64,000 nt of DNA, taken from assembly GCA_965637545.1 (NCBI GenBank), contig OZ281498.1:12834001-12898000 (forward strand). The letters run 5' to 3'. Position 1 is the stretch's first letter. Each line of letters starts with the position of its first letter. The position numbers and the translations under genes were made by a program. The DNA comes from Phallusia mammillata (lineage: Eukaryota). The notes beneath the pieces are model-generated. The model had not been told where the DNA came from, searched no databases, and saw only the letters and a program-made list of their open reading frames with translations. Positions 25,301-37,231 of the stretch are shown here, in pieces.

Positions 25301-28300
25301 CCTTCCCATGACACAATAATTAAGCCGTTATGATGACATTTTCAATCACTACAGGAACACTGGCAAGAGAATTGGCAAAACGCAACAAGTTCGTATTGAT
25401 GACTGTATATGATGAAAACCAAAGCTGGTTTTTTGATGAAAACGTGAAAACTTTTACCTTGGATCCCTCTTCTGTCAACAAGAAGAGCGGAGATTTTAAA
25501 GAATCCAACAAGATGCATGGTAGAAGCTTATAGCCAGTCCACGGCACTCCAGTTTGTTGGAACTAACAGACTAAATAAATACCATAAACATTACTGCCAA
25601 GGTAGTGGTGTATATAGAATACATCGTGTAGACGTTTCGACAATCTCTGTTGTCATCATCAGTACATGTTTATGATGTCTACCTTGGCAGTAATGTTTAT
25701 GATTAAACTACTTTTCAAGTCCGTGCATAGTGTTCATAAATAAATACCATTTACATATAACTTGACAATGTATCGGCATACGTATCGCTTTAAAAATTAA
25801 TGCTAAAACTAATTACAGCTATCAACGGACGAATGTATGGAAATCTGGCAGACATAGATCTATGTACAGATGAGGACACCGTGGTTCACTTGCTTGCTGT
25901 CGGCACCAAAGTGGATATCCATGCTTTCAAGTTTGATGGGGTGAATGTCAAACTCAAGTATGTGCTTATACGTTGCCTAGTTTCTCTAGCTAAAGTAAAC
26001 GTGGCAGAGTTTGGTTTCACTTAATTCTTAATGCACTGAATGGTGTACAAAAATTATTTGTAACTTTATGCGTACATAAACACTTTATCATAGCTATGAA
26101 CGAAAATAATTTTTTGTGTATCTAAGTAATGTATCGCAAGCCAATTATTAAGTAGGCAACATTGTATTTGTAGTGGTGTGAGCACAGGAGCTGTTAACTT
26201 GTTCCCCCACATGTCACAAACAATAGTTGTCCGCCCTGAGCATGTTGGTTCAGGCATGATGTACTGCACACTCATTGAGCATGTGGCGTCCGGAATGACG
26301 GCGGTTTTCAACGTATGCAAAGATATAGTATATTTACATTTATTCAAATTCTATGTGCGTTTGAAATCTGTTCTTAATATTGGTTAGCGGAAAATTTAAA
26401 TTTTCGTCAAAACTGATGGTGATTGTTAATAATTGGGAGGTGTTTAGTATTTTTTAGATTTATACCCGATAAACATTTTTGATCACATATTTAACTGTAC
26501 CAGTCCAGAGTTTGCAACCCGGAATCAAGTGTTGAAGCTGCTGCTCATGTTGTTGCTGACGAAACGTCAACAGTCAGGAGGTATTACATCGCAGCAGAGG
26601 AGGTAATGTGGGATTACTCCCCAACTAGGATAAACATCGACCACGAATCTGTCGACATCGAAGGAAACCACGGCTACGATCACGCTCACAGGGAACTGGG
26701 AAAAACTATTGGTAAGACCCAATTATTACTTCACAGCGTTTAAATTTCACTTGGTAGATAAACTTGACTTGGCTGTCATTAGACAGCCGTTGATTCAAAC
26801 AAGTGGTACGCAACTTATACAGGCGTTGGTAAAATAAAAATTTGTGGTACTGTCGACAATGAGAAAATGGTTGCGAATGGGTCCTTTGTTTTAAACTGTC
26901 GTAATTTAACAGGTTCCATTTACAAGAAGGCGTTGTATTTCGAGTACACTGATGACACATTTACTGTTAAAAAGCCAAAGGCAACACATCTGGGTTTCCT
27001 TGGACCTGTTATCAAAGGCGAAGTCGGCGATCAAATTATGGTAGAAAACTGTTTTGACGTCTAAACATACAGCTCTTATCCAACCTACTTTTATCTTAAA
27101 GATAACGTTCCTTAACAAAGCGAATCGGGATTACAACATGCATCCATGGGGAGCAGTGGACCCTGATGCATATAACTTGGATACAGAGGCTGTCAAACCC
27201 GGACAACGAAAGCAGTATTCGTGGACTGTAATAATAATTTAACATTTTTTTCTAGTTTACAGAGTTTAAGATACAGTTTCTTTTGTAGATACCAGCGTCA
27301 GCCGGATCGACCGGGGAACAACCCAGCTGTTTGTCATTTATATATCTTTCAATTGTTGACAGACCTAATGACGCAACTGATGGACTAATGGGTCCACTTT
27401 TGGTGTGCAGAAAAGGTACGTTTGAGAAAGGGGATTAAAAACTGTCTATAACTGTGCAATGTGCAGTACGTTGGTGCACAGTGTTGGAATGGTTCGTAGT
27501 CCTTGCCGTTACTTTTGTGATAATAAAAGCGCTGGCAATTTTTGAAATGTACAATTTTATGCATATATATTGACCTGATTTTTGGTGACAGGTGGTTTGG
27601 ACAGCGGTGACGTCGATGAAGAATTTTTCCTACAGTTCCAAGTAGTTGATGAAAATCTCAGTCATTATATCGACGAAAATATTGACGAGTTTATCGGGGT
27701 TGAAGGATTTAATAAAGACAGCGGATCATTTGTCGAAAGCAATAAGATGAAAGGTATCAAGATGCAAAGATGACGAAACACCGAGTAGATATAAAGTTTA
27801 AAATAATGTTTTATTCTACAAATAAATCGAATGTGTATAGTATATGTAGAATATGTATAATTCTGCAATTTTTTTACACAACAAATTAGTGCTAAATGTT
27901 TTGAGCTGAACTTCCAAATTATTTCTTTCTCCTATTATATGAAACCCGTTGTTTGCTTGTTAACTATATTGTACGTCGAATTTTTTTAGCCATCAACGGT
28001 TTGCTCTCTCATGTCGATGGCCTAGTGATGCACAAAGACGATCGCGTTCGTTGGCATCTGATTGGCTGGGGTAATGAAAAGGACTATCATTCGGTCCATT
28101 TCCATGCACACACATATGTTTCCATGTAAGCATATCTACAATCTATATGCAAGTTTTTAGATAAAATACAAAAATAATTTGTTTGTTGAATTTAGAACTG
28201 ACGGAATTTATCGTGGTGACGTATTTGACGTGTTTCCTGGATTTTTCGGAACAGTGGAAATGAGAACTATAGCTCCCGGTGATTGGTTACTGCACTGTCA

Positions 28301-29133
28301 CGTGTTTGATCACATGCACGGAGGGATGGAAACCACATACAGTGTACTCGAAGACTCTCGTGCAGGTGACTTACCTATTTTTTTCAGAAAATAGTTGAAA
28401 ATTTTGTCCTTGTTAACAGTTAGAAACGAAAATACGTTGTTCGTACCCCAAAAAGTCAAAATACCAGATTTTTACATGTAGGAACACGTTTTTCTTTATT
28501 TGTTTGTTGAAATCACTTACTTAACAGCAATATTTCTATAGACTCAGACATATGAGTTGCTGTTGCAGATATATTTTTGAAAGTTCGAATATTGGTTACA
28601 AAATATTATTTTTTCTAGCAATCGGCAGTAACAGAACTCGTCAGCGTACATCTTGCGACGCCAGACAAGATGGTGAAAACTACATGTTAAGATGCAACAA
28701 CATGAACATCGCCAGAACCAGCGATCTCTTTCCAAGCACTAGATGGAGGTTAATGGCTAATGACGAAAGTGACAATAGCATTAAGATTTTGACAAGGAAA
28801 GTCACTTCGCTTGATCTAAGCTACAATAGTTTGACTGAACGTCAAGTAAGAAATTTGCTGATCAGGTTTCCCAACCTTAGAGTTCTAAAGCTGACTGGTA
28901 ACCCAATAAGAAAGCTTAGCAAGTATCTCATTATGCGCAACAAGCTGTTGAAAACCCTGGTTCTCCGTAACACGCCATCTTTTCAACGCATTACTAAGAA
29001 TTTCCTCCAGACCAAAACTGGCAATCGAGACTTTGACCTACTTGACTTTTCCAACAACCCACAGTTACAACCAGCCTGTCAAAGTCACTTATTCATGAAC
29101 ATGGACAGGCTTGTGGCTTGCCGTGATTCTTAA
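22344..29133 (+). CDS. HEPH: Six-domain ceruloplasmin/hephaestin-like multicopper oxidase, copy A, with predicted C-terminal LRR exon (22 exons)
   Basis: Signal peptide [23 protein letters not shown]. Exons 22344-22510, 22572-22713, 22781-22965, 23104-23219, 23328-23434, 23504-23698, 23770-23896, 23979-24159, 24388-24586, 24825-24904, 24966-25096, 25355-25519, 25819-25957, 26174-26312, 26504-26711, 26913-27040, 27102-27227, 27289-27415, 27592-27753, 27990-28125, 28196-28365, 28619-29133. Three WDYAP/WDYSP-YKKAVY-GPxIxxEVGD repeats. Cu ligands: [50 protein letters not shown]. The symbol indicates the family (CP/HEPH), not strict orthology. Confidence 0.93.
24279..24341. repeat. Short intronic tandem duplication, 37-bp period
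   Basis: AGATTATAATCCAC(A/T)ATAGTGGTGTG at 24279 and 24316. Confidence 0.8.
25583..25701. repeat. Perfect 23-bp inverted repeat enclosing the hammerhead motif
   Basis: CATAAACATTACTGCCAAGGTAG (25583-25605) and its exact reverse complement at 25679-25701. Confidence 0.9.
25625..25668 (-). ncRNA. Minimal type I hammerhead ribozyme (Penelope-like retroelement type)
   Basis: Minus strand reads CAUGUA-CUGAUGA-U-GACAA(CAGAGA)UUGUC-GAAA-CGUC-UACACG: catalytic core, 5-bp stem II, palindromic ACGU stem III, GUC cleavage triplet and a UGUA/UACA stem I. Confidence 0.75.
28619..29133 (+). CDS. LRR module exon (Cys N-cap, 4 LRRs, Cys C-cap), predicted last exon of oxidase copy A
   Basis: Repeats [46 protein letters not shown]. 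Acceptor ttttttctAG|CA is phase 1 and matches the phase-1 donor GCA G|GTGAC at 28365. Confidence 0.8.
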
Positions 29134-29275
29134 AGGTCTAAAAAGCGCATTGTAAGTTGTCACTAACTTTGTCGAAAATGGCATCATTATTAACCATGTA
29201 GAATACGCAGGTTCGTGAACAAATTAACAGACCGCTTGAATGTAGAAAATACTTAATGTCCGATATGAGCATATG

Positions 29276-29437
29276 CAGTGTTTTTTAAGGTGTTTTGGGG
29301 GACCGTTTCGGTCAAATTTCTCCAGCGGTTTCCCAAAATTTGGACTTGCAACTACAGTACTATTTTTGGTATTTAAATGAAACACTTGCGGTCTCTTAAA
29401 ACTACTTAGCGGTCACCCAAAACTTAAAAAAACGCTG
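29276..29437. mobile_element. hAT MITE of the same family as 6903-7059, between the convergent oxidase 3' ends
   Basis: Termini CAGTGTTTTTT...AAAAAAACGCTG; internal sequence is the reverse complement of 6903-7059 (GGGTGACCGCTAAGTAGTTTTAAGAGACCGCAAGTGTTTCATTTAAATACC); degenerate TSD AGCATATG/CTGATATG. Confidence 0.85.
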
Positions 29438-29609
29438 CTGATATGTTTCAACTGTACAAAAATATTTTAATTCAAGGTGAAATTTGAAGTAGTCTATACT
29501 CTAGTCTATGCTGGTATTGTGTTTGTCATTCTAGCTTTGCTTTACACGAAAAATATAGTTACTGGAACTTTATTAGTGATGTCTTTTTCAGCATTTTACA
29601 CTTACAGTT

Positions 29610-30148
29610 TTACTGCTGGATTTTCAAACATTGGTACAAGACGCGTTTGCGAAAAAATGCTTGATTAAGACACGATGGAAAGAGTTTAGGATTTTCAGAC
29701 AAATCCAACAAATTAAAATCAAAGTATGGGTTGTCTAAAACCAGTGACTTCGAAACGTAAAACAGGCTTGAGTTTTTAAGACTTAGTCGCTTTAAAAGCT
29801 TGTTGTCTGATATTAAGTTTCCAATAAGAAAATGAAGATTGTTGTTACTTAGGTCAAGGGAATACAGATTTTTAAATTTCGACAAAATTTCGCGACTTTC
29901 AAAATAATTGAACTGGTTGTTGCTTAAATCTAAGTGCCACACATCCCCTGGCGAGACAGAAAATGCTGATCCGTGAGGCAGACGAACTTTAAGTATCATA
30001 TTTTCGCCGAAGAGGTCAGTTGCTCTCTTTAAGTCCATTCCATCGCAAAGACAAATAAGCTTGCCTCCAATCTTCTTCATGTCGCAAACATCCCGTTTGG
30101 TTGCCGAACGGGACAACTTAGCTTGCGAAATTATCGCTGGTGTGATTT
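29610..30148 (-). CDS. LRR module exon, predicted last exon of oxidase copy B
   Basis: Repeats [45 protein letters not shown], with flanking Cys (VCDMKK..LICLCD; PSCL..YQCL). Acceptor ttttttatttAG|AA is phase 1 and matches the donor at 30280. Confidence 0.8.
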
Positions 30149-33100
30149 CTAAATAAAAAATATTCACAAAATAGAGTAACATTTTAGTTTAAACTCTTTT
30201 TTACCACCAAAGATATTTCAAAAAAACATCAAGAATGTCTAACCAAATGTTATGGAGCTCATTCGCCAGAATTTCCTACCTTTTTCCAGCACAATATACG
30301 TAGTTTCCATTCCCGCTTGGATGTGTTCAAACACGTGACAATGTAACAGCCATTCACCGACTGCTACCGTTTCCATGTCAACGGTGCCGAAAAATCCAGG
30401 AAAAACATCGAACACGTCTCCACGATACGATCCGTCGGTTCTAAGAAATGTTGCGAAAATGTGTTTACAAGGACATAGAAACGCACTAAAACAAAATAAC
30501 ATTTTCCGAGAGCTGTACTCTGGGGTTACTCCGGTACTCCTAATGTAACTTACAATACGAAATGTGAGATAGGGATGAACATTACAAATTGCACAAACAA
30601 GCGTTCCTAGAATATTACCCGTCTTTTGAAACTAGATGTTATATTGCAAATTAAATTTGCGTATTCCCACTACACGTCAAGCTCCATTTAAGTGACGAGA
30701 CACTTGACTCGATATCCTGTGGATTTTTTTTTTGCTTTAACGAAACCGTTTCGCAACGACAAATTTAAAAAGGGGGCATTGCAAATAAACCTTGACTTAA
30801 CTCAAACAAATCGTCGGGTCCCATAGGTCTCATAAGTATATTTAAAACTTGTAGAAACGCCAAAAATAACAGAACATTTGCATGGGCAAACTCATAAAAT
30901 CACAGATAAGGATTAGCTAATAAACGAAATTTAGAAAGAGATATATAGAATGAATTTATGATACTTACATTAGTCGGAACGTGTGTGCATGGAAATGGAC
31001 AGAATGATAATCTTTTTCGTTGCCCCAGCCAATTAAATGCCACCGCACGATGTCGTCTTTGAGCATTGTCAAGCCGTCGACGTGAAATAAATATCCGTTT
31101 ATAGCTAAACAGTAGAACAAACATTACAAATTTTGTATTTTTTGAAACGTTTTCAAACAGATACGTACTCTTCATTTTGTTGCTTTCAACAAACAATGCA
31201 CTTTTCTTGTTAAACTCCTCTGGATCCGCACCGATGTATTTCTGAATATTTTCGTTCAAGTAATGACTCGTGTTTTCGTCAACAATGTGGAACAGGAGAA
31301 AGAATTCGTTGTCTATTTCCATGGTATCATAAGCACCTTAGAAAAACAGGGAAAGTACAAATTTTAATCGAATTTACTTTTCAATCAAATGATATCAATG
31401 TTTTTTTTTTACCAGAAAGCTTTTGCGAATTTTAAGTTAAAATGAACCAGGATGGAACTTTTTAGGTTTAATGTGAAAATTACCTGGTTTGCAAACCACC
31501 AGGGGACCCAATAAACCATCAGCTGTATCAGCTGACCTATCAACTGATGACACATATATAAATGACAAGCAGCTGGGCTGATTTCCAGTAGGTGAAGCCG
31601 ATTCCGGGATCTGCGGAGTTTAAACGCATATGTGTGAAAGCATATGAAGTAAACACATTTGAAAAACAAGCAAAATGATATTACAACGATTAACTTTTTC
31701 TGAAAAGTCTTTTGGCTATAGTTTAGTGAGTACTTACTTTCCAGATATATAACTTTTTCTTGCCAGGATCCACAGAGTTTTTTCCCATCTCATATGACTC
31801 AGGATCAATTGCACCCCATGGATGCATATTGTATGGTCGATTCGCTTTGTTCCAAAACAAAATCTACAAGTAGCAAGGAGTGTAAGGCACTCATGCAATA
31901 ATTTGCCTTCGTTGGCTAAATGTAAATTAAGGACAAAAAAGCATACCCTTATCGTATCACCAACTTCGCCCCTAATGGCCGGCCCCAGTATTCCGAAATG
32001 GTCAGGTTTTGACAGTTTCACAGTGTATGTGTCATCTGTGTACTCAAAGTACAGCACTTTTTGGTATTTGGAACCTACAAAAACATTCTTTTTATTGTAG
32101 AACACACAGTAAAGTTATACTAGCCGCTTTCTCACCTATAGTTTTTCCAGGTTGCCTGTGTAGATGAGTGTAGCCGTAATTTTCTTTCTCGTGTATTGAT
32201 TGACCTTTCAAGTTAACCTCAGAGGGATTGTAATCCCATGTTACCTCTTCAGCCGCGATGTAATATTGCCGTACAGTAGATTTTTTAACTATTTCACTGT
32301 CTTCTTCATCGGAAACAACTGAACTGTTGCAGTTTTTCGCCTTAAAACATAAAGCGTGTGGTTAAATTGAGATCGTTGCAGAAGCATACAATACTTCTTA
32401 TCCACCCCAGCCATAGTTCGGTGACGTATCTCATGCAATGTTTGCCCATTATTTGCATCAAACCAAAAGCAGGTAGTGTACATGAGCAGAAATGCAAATG
32501 CCATGAATATTGAGTAAGCATATGTTGCTCATTAGTCATGTTTAACTTTTTTTCTTAACCTGCTTTTTCCTACCGTGTAAATTGCGAAGAGGCCTGACTT
32601 GATATGATCCATTAGGCTACAGAAAACCAATCCTTTTCCAACTTCATCAGCACGAACATTTACGGTTTGAGATGTGTGAGCAAAAAGGTTGATCGCACCC
32701 GTACTTATACCGCTACAAAAAGATCGAATTAGCAACATAAATCACATTTTACGTGGTTTATAAAATGGATTGCATACTTAATTTTAACGTTGATTCCATC
32801 GAACTTAATAGCATGAATGTCATATTTGGTACCGACAGCAAACAGGTGAAATATCGTGTCCTGGTCTGTGCAGACCTCAAGGTTGTTCAGGTTTCCAAAC
32901 GATAACCCGTTAAGCGCTGCAAAACAAAACGTCGGATTAGCCCACCCTATAGAATTGCACTATAGACCCGTATTGCCTTGGGTTTGTAAGAGTCATGAAC
33001 CTAAAACGAATTTCCATAGAGCCAGGTTTCGCTATACGTATCGACTCTGATACATTCGTTAACTAGGACGTTTAATGTCAAAGCGGTTTTACAATTGGTA

Positions 33101-36100
33101 GGTGTCAAAAGATATGTCTGACCTAACAATTGATTTTTTAAAATAAACATTGGCCCATGGGACTGATAAAATATTGTTACCATAATTTTGAAATCAATAG
33201 TGAAACTTACAATGCATCATGTTTGACTCGGTAGGTGGATTTTTCGTGACGGGCTGTGTCATGAAAGTTTTCATATTTTCATTAAAATACCAACTGTTTT
33301 GTTCTTCAAAGATTGTCACAAGAAGATATTTGTGGCGTTTGGCCATTTCAGAAACCATCGTGCCTAAAAAGACAAAACCTGTTGATAATCTTTCAAAATT
33401 TTGATTTAGGTCATGGACAAACCTTTTTTGCAAACTACCAAAGGACCAACAAGCCCCGCGTTTGAGTCGGCCACGTATTCCAACGACGATGTGTATAAGT
33501 AAGTTATGCAATTGGGATCATTTTCACCTGGTGACACTGAGTCAGGAAGAGTCCTTTTTGAACATAAACACGTTTGATGTAGTTAATTTCTATTGTGTAT
33601 CAACATAATAAAAACATCTGCTTCAAGCTTTCTCGTTTGCAAACATCAAATACATAACAAACCACAAAATAATAACACAAGTGTTGCACGAGTTTTTTTC
33701 TGAAATATCTTACCAGGTGTATGTGTGTTTCTGACCAGGGAGAACAGCATTGGCTTCGGCAAAATACACTCCTTGTGGTTCAAGGTTAAACGCCTGTAAT
33801 TGCGTCACAAGTTGTATGTGTGCATCTAGTTGGCTTTATTTAGCATCGGTACTTGCGTAGAACAAACAATTGCATTTTTCGCGACTGTATTTAGAACATT
33901 ACCTTTCCATTCTCCTTTGATTCATGTGCCGGGTTTCGCCACAGTAAGGTGTATTGTTGGGTAAAGAATACGTACCAAGCCCTTTCTTAAATAAATCAGG
34001 GCGTTGTTTTTATTTTTACATGTTTTCTAAAATGGGGATTGAAAACTTTCCCACTTGTTTCTAAATTAAACGCGATGTACTTGATAGGGGCCATTGTCAT
34101 GATTTCGTCCCTAAATAACTATATTTTTCGCTTCTAGCAATTTTAAGCAAGCAATGCTTACGTGTTTTGCAGCTTTGTTTTTGAACAGAACCTTTAGGGT
34201 ATCGCCAACTTCAGCTATGATTGGCGGACCAAGAATTCCCATGTCCGCAGTCCGCTCACTTTTTACTGTAAAGTTTCCGTTTTCGTAACCTCGATAAACC
34301 GCTTTCTTGTAAACACCACCGATAGCGCTACCATCGGTCTTAAAGTAAGTAGATGAGTCACTGAAACAAAGAACAAGTTTTATTCCTATTTGTCAACAGG
34401 AATTGTGGATATTACGTTGGCATAAATTCTTAAAGTTAAGGTAGTAACTAGTGATGCACCGAACCCGCCTAAAAAGGTTCGGGCGGAAACCGAATATTCG
34501 GCCACGAGGCCGAATAATTTCGGCCGAATTAGGCCGAACCTAAAATCCCCGTTTATATGAATGTTGCCAACTGAACCTTGTGTCGTTGATGCGAGTGAAG
34601 TGAATTATGATAAATCAAAATCACTTTCACAATGCGGAAGTTTTACTAAACTTGTAATATTTTGTAGACAATGTGGCTCGTATTTTATAAACACAACAAT
34701 TAGTTAATTTATTACGTTTCGTATAGGCGAAAATGATAGTTTAGGCATTAATTCAATGCAATCAAAAAGTTCGGTTTCGGCCGAATTTTAGAAAAAAGTT
34801 CCGGCCGAAACCGAAACATCGAAAAACAGCGTATTCGGCCGAAATGTTTCGGCCAACCGAAACTTCGGTGCATCACTAGTAGTAACGTTTCAAACAAAAA
34901 AATGTTCCACGCCCACACAAAAAGAGTTTTACCTGCCATTAGCGTCGAGTCGTTCACCGGTAAGTTGATTTACATTGCTCGGTGCATAATTCCACCAAAC
35001 CTCCTCCGCTGCTATAAAGTATTCACGAGTTTTTCCTGTCAGACTGTCCGACGGAACTGAGGCGTTTGGCTTTTGACACGTTGGATCCACGTACATTAAC
35101 GCCGTCATTCCCTCTGAAATCAAGTTGATGGATCCTTATTATGTATAACTGGCCATGTATTAAAGGTTTGTCTTCACAATATAGCAAGATCCTATATTCC
35201 AAATAACCCCAGGGAGTAAACTTGGTTTGGGAAGGCAGAACACCTCTCCAATCCCTGCCCATATTGTTTTTTTCGTTGCCAAAGAGGGCTATTTTTCGTT
35301 ATATATGGCGTCATAGACAATGCTTTGATCAGGTCTGTCGTTTTTTGTTATGACGCCAAATAAATCCCTTTTGAAGTTAATTCTGGCATTAATTTGCAAA
35401 GTAGAGCCGATGAAGTACTTGATTTATGGCAATCGTCCTGTGTTGTCTTAAATTGTCAAAACCTGTGTAATGGCTGTATAACTTGCAGGCGATGATCCAT
35501 CTGCCGGGGTTATCGGCTTTCATAATTGCTGTCGCAAACGTTGCTGGAATTGCGATCATCGCATCCATACGATGGTGATGTTTCAAAACCTTAAATAATT
35601 TGAAAACGTTTACAAATCTTACGTATCTTTGTCAAAGTGCGGCTTTGTCCAAATACATTACAAAAAGTAAAAATCATAATTCACATATTTAGTTGTTTAC
35701 ATATTTAGGATTAAAAAAAACACGTTTGAAAAAAATGTGCTGGTTGTCGTTCCTACCGTTTGCCCTTGAAACTGAATTGGGTGCAAATCTCTATTCGATC
35801 CCATTCCAATGATATGCCAGCTGATCGTGTCTCCCTGACATACGTCGTAGCCTGGGGTGTTACCGTACATGAATCCATTTACCGTGTGCATTTTGTTGCC
35901 CTTTACAAACAGCTTATCGTTGAGATCAAATCCTTCGTCAAGATTGTTCATCTGAAAGAGAAACACCGGTTTTTAAGTTTTGTTGAGTGGGTCACATCTA
36001 ATTTGTTTCAGATGTTTAACTATTGTTTTACGTTTTAGTCGTTACTGCAACTCTGCAGTCGGTATTAGGGTGAAGGTTGAAGAAATGGCGTTGACTGCGT

Positions 36101-37231
36101 TGGTTAGAACCAATAAGTTGGTGCAAACTAACAACAAGCTTATAGACAAATGCAGTTGCACAAAAAAATCCCAACGTGATGGTGAAAACGGGAGTTGTAC
36201 TCACCCGCATGTTTTCCCAGAAGTACGAGCTTTCCCGCTCGTGGGGTATAAAGAACATCGCAACGAATTCGTGGTCGACATCCCTTCGTGTTTCGTCGTC
36301 TTTGTAAGTTCCTGTGTAGCGCCATTGTCAAATACTGATTCATATTGCCAAAACAAAATGTTTTGTTTGTAAATAAAATCGAACCTGGGTTACAAACTAT
36401 GATGGCCCCGATAAGACCGGCATGGACGTCGATCGTTGAGTCGGAATGGGAATGATAAGCCCAAGTTAAGCAATTTGGATCGTCCGGTGTTGGTCCGAAC
36501 CTTTAATAAATGATTTTGAAATCTTAAGTTATACTACAATTATGTAAATGGCCGTTGCTGCTCAGAAAAACCAACAAATACGTTACAAACATTGTAAAAA
36601 CTTACTCTTTAACAACTTCCCAAACGTAAGTATGTTCTCCGCCTGGCTGAACGCTGCTGCCTGGACCATTGGTTTTGTTGATGCCATAATTTGCACCTTC
36701 GTTGTTTTTGGTGTAAAATACGCCGTGAGGGTGGATTGAATAGTTTTTTGACGCATTGTTGAAAAGGTGCACAATAATGCGATCCCCGGTCTACATCAAA
36801 ACTCATTTAGAATTAAGGTAAGGGGGGCTATACAACACGTTTTTAAAGATATGTACTGACCTCAACCCTCATCGTAGGGCCCATAAACCCTAAGTTTGGG
36901 TCGCGCGGTGCTTCCGTTTGAAACGAGCTGTTGGTGTATTCCCTATACACCGCCTTTTTGTAGGTCTTTCCCAAAAACATGTTACTGTATATGTTCGATA
37001 TCCTGCAAGAACACAAGAAAATATTTTTCACCTTAACAATAATTTACAACAGCAAACTAAGAAGCATTGTCCTTACTTTTCGTGCGAGAGCCTATTTCCT
37101 GTGATGATATTCAAATCAGATGGGGCGTAATCCCACATAATCTCTTTGATTGCAAGATAATATGTTTTGTCTTTTGCGGCACAGCTTCCTGCAAGTATCA
37201 TCAATAGGGCACTAAAAACAACTCGCCCCAT
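29610..37231 (-). CDS. HEPH: Six-domain ceruloplasmin/hephaestin-like multicopper oxidase, copy B, with predicted C-terminal LRR exon
   Basis: ATG at 37231, signal peptide [19 protein letters not shown] then [18 protein letters not shown]. The exon series, intron positions and phases match copy A. Ligands: [50 protein letters not shown]. No frameshift or internal stop was found when the exons were joined. The last oxidase exon ends at 30280 (AAA G|GTAGG). Confidence 0.92.
34449..34878. mobile_element. Non-autonomous hAT (Ac-like) MITE in an intron of oxidase copy B
   Basis: TIR TAGTGATGCACCGAA...TTCGGTGCATCACTA; perfect 8-bp TSD GTAGTAAC (34441-34448 and 34879-34886); GGCCGAA/TTCGGCC subterminal repeats. 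Confidence 0.92.

Noticed and set aside
28552-29133. LRR ORFs as independent single-exon genes
   Set aside because: Copy A's upstream in-frame ATG lies in intron-like sequence, copy B has no ATG before the N-cap, neither has a signal peptide, and both match the oxidase donors in phase. Kept only as the refuting alternative.
31734-31863. Apparent frameshift in an oxidase B exon suggested by the ORF track
   Set aside because: Re-reading gives an open exon 31863-31738 ([21 protein letters not shown]); the ORF track shows another frame through an intron.
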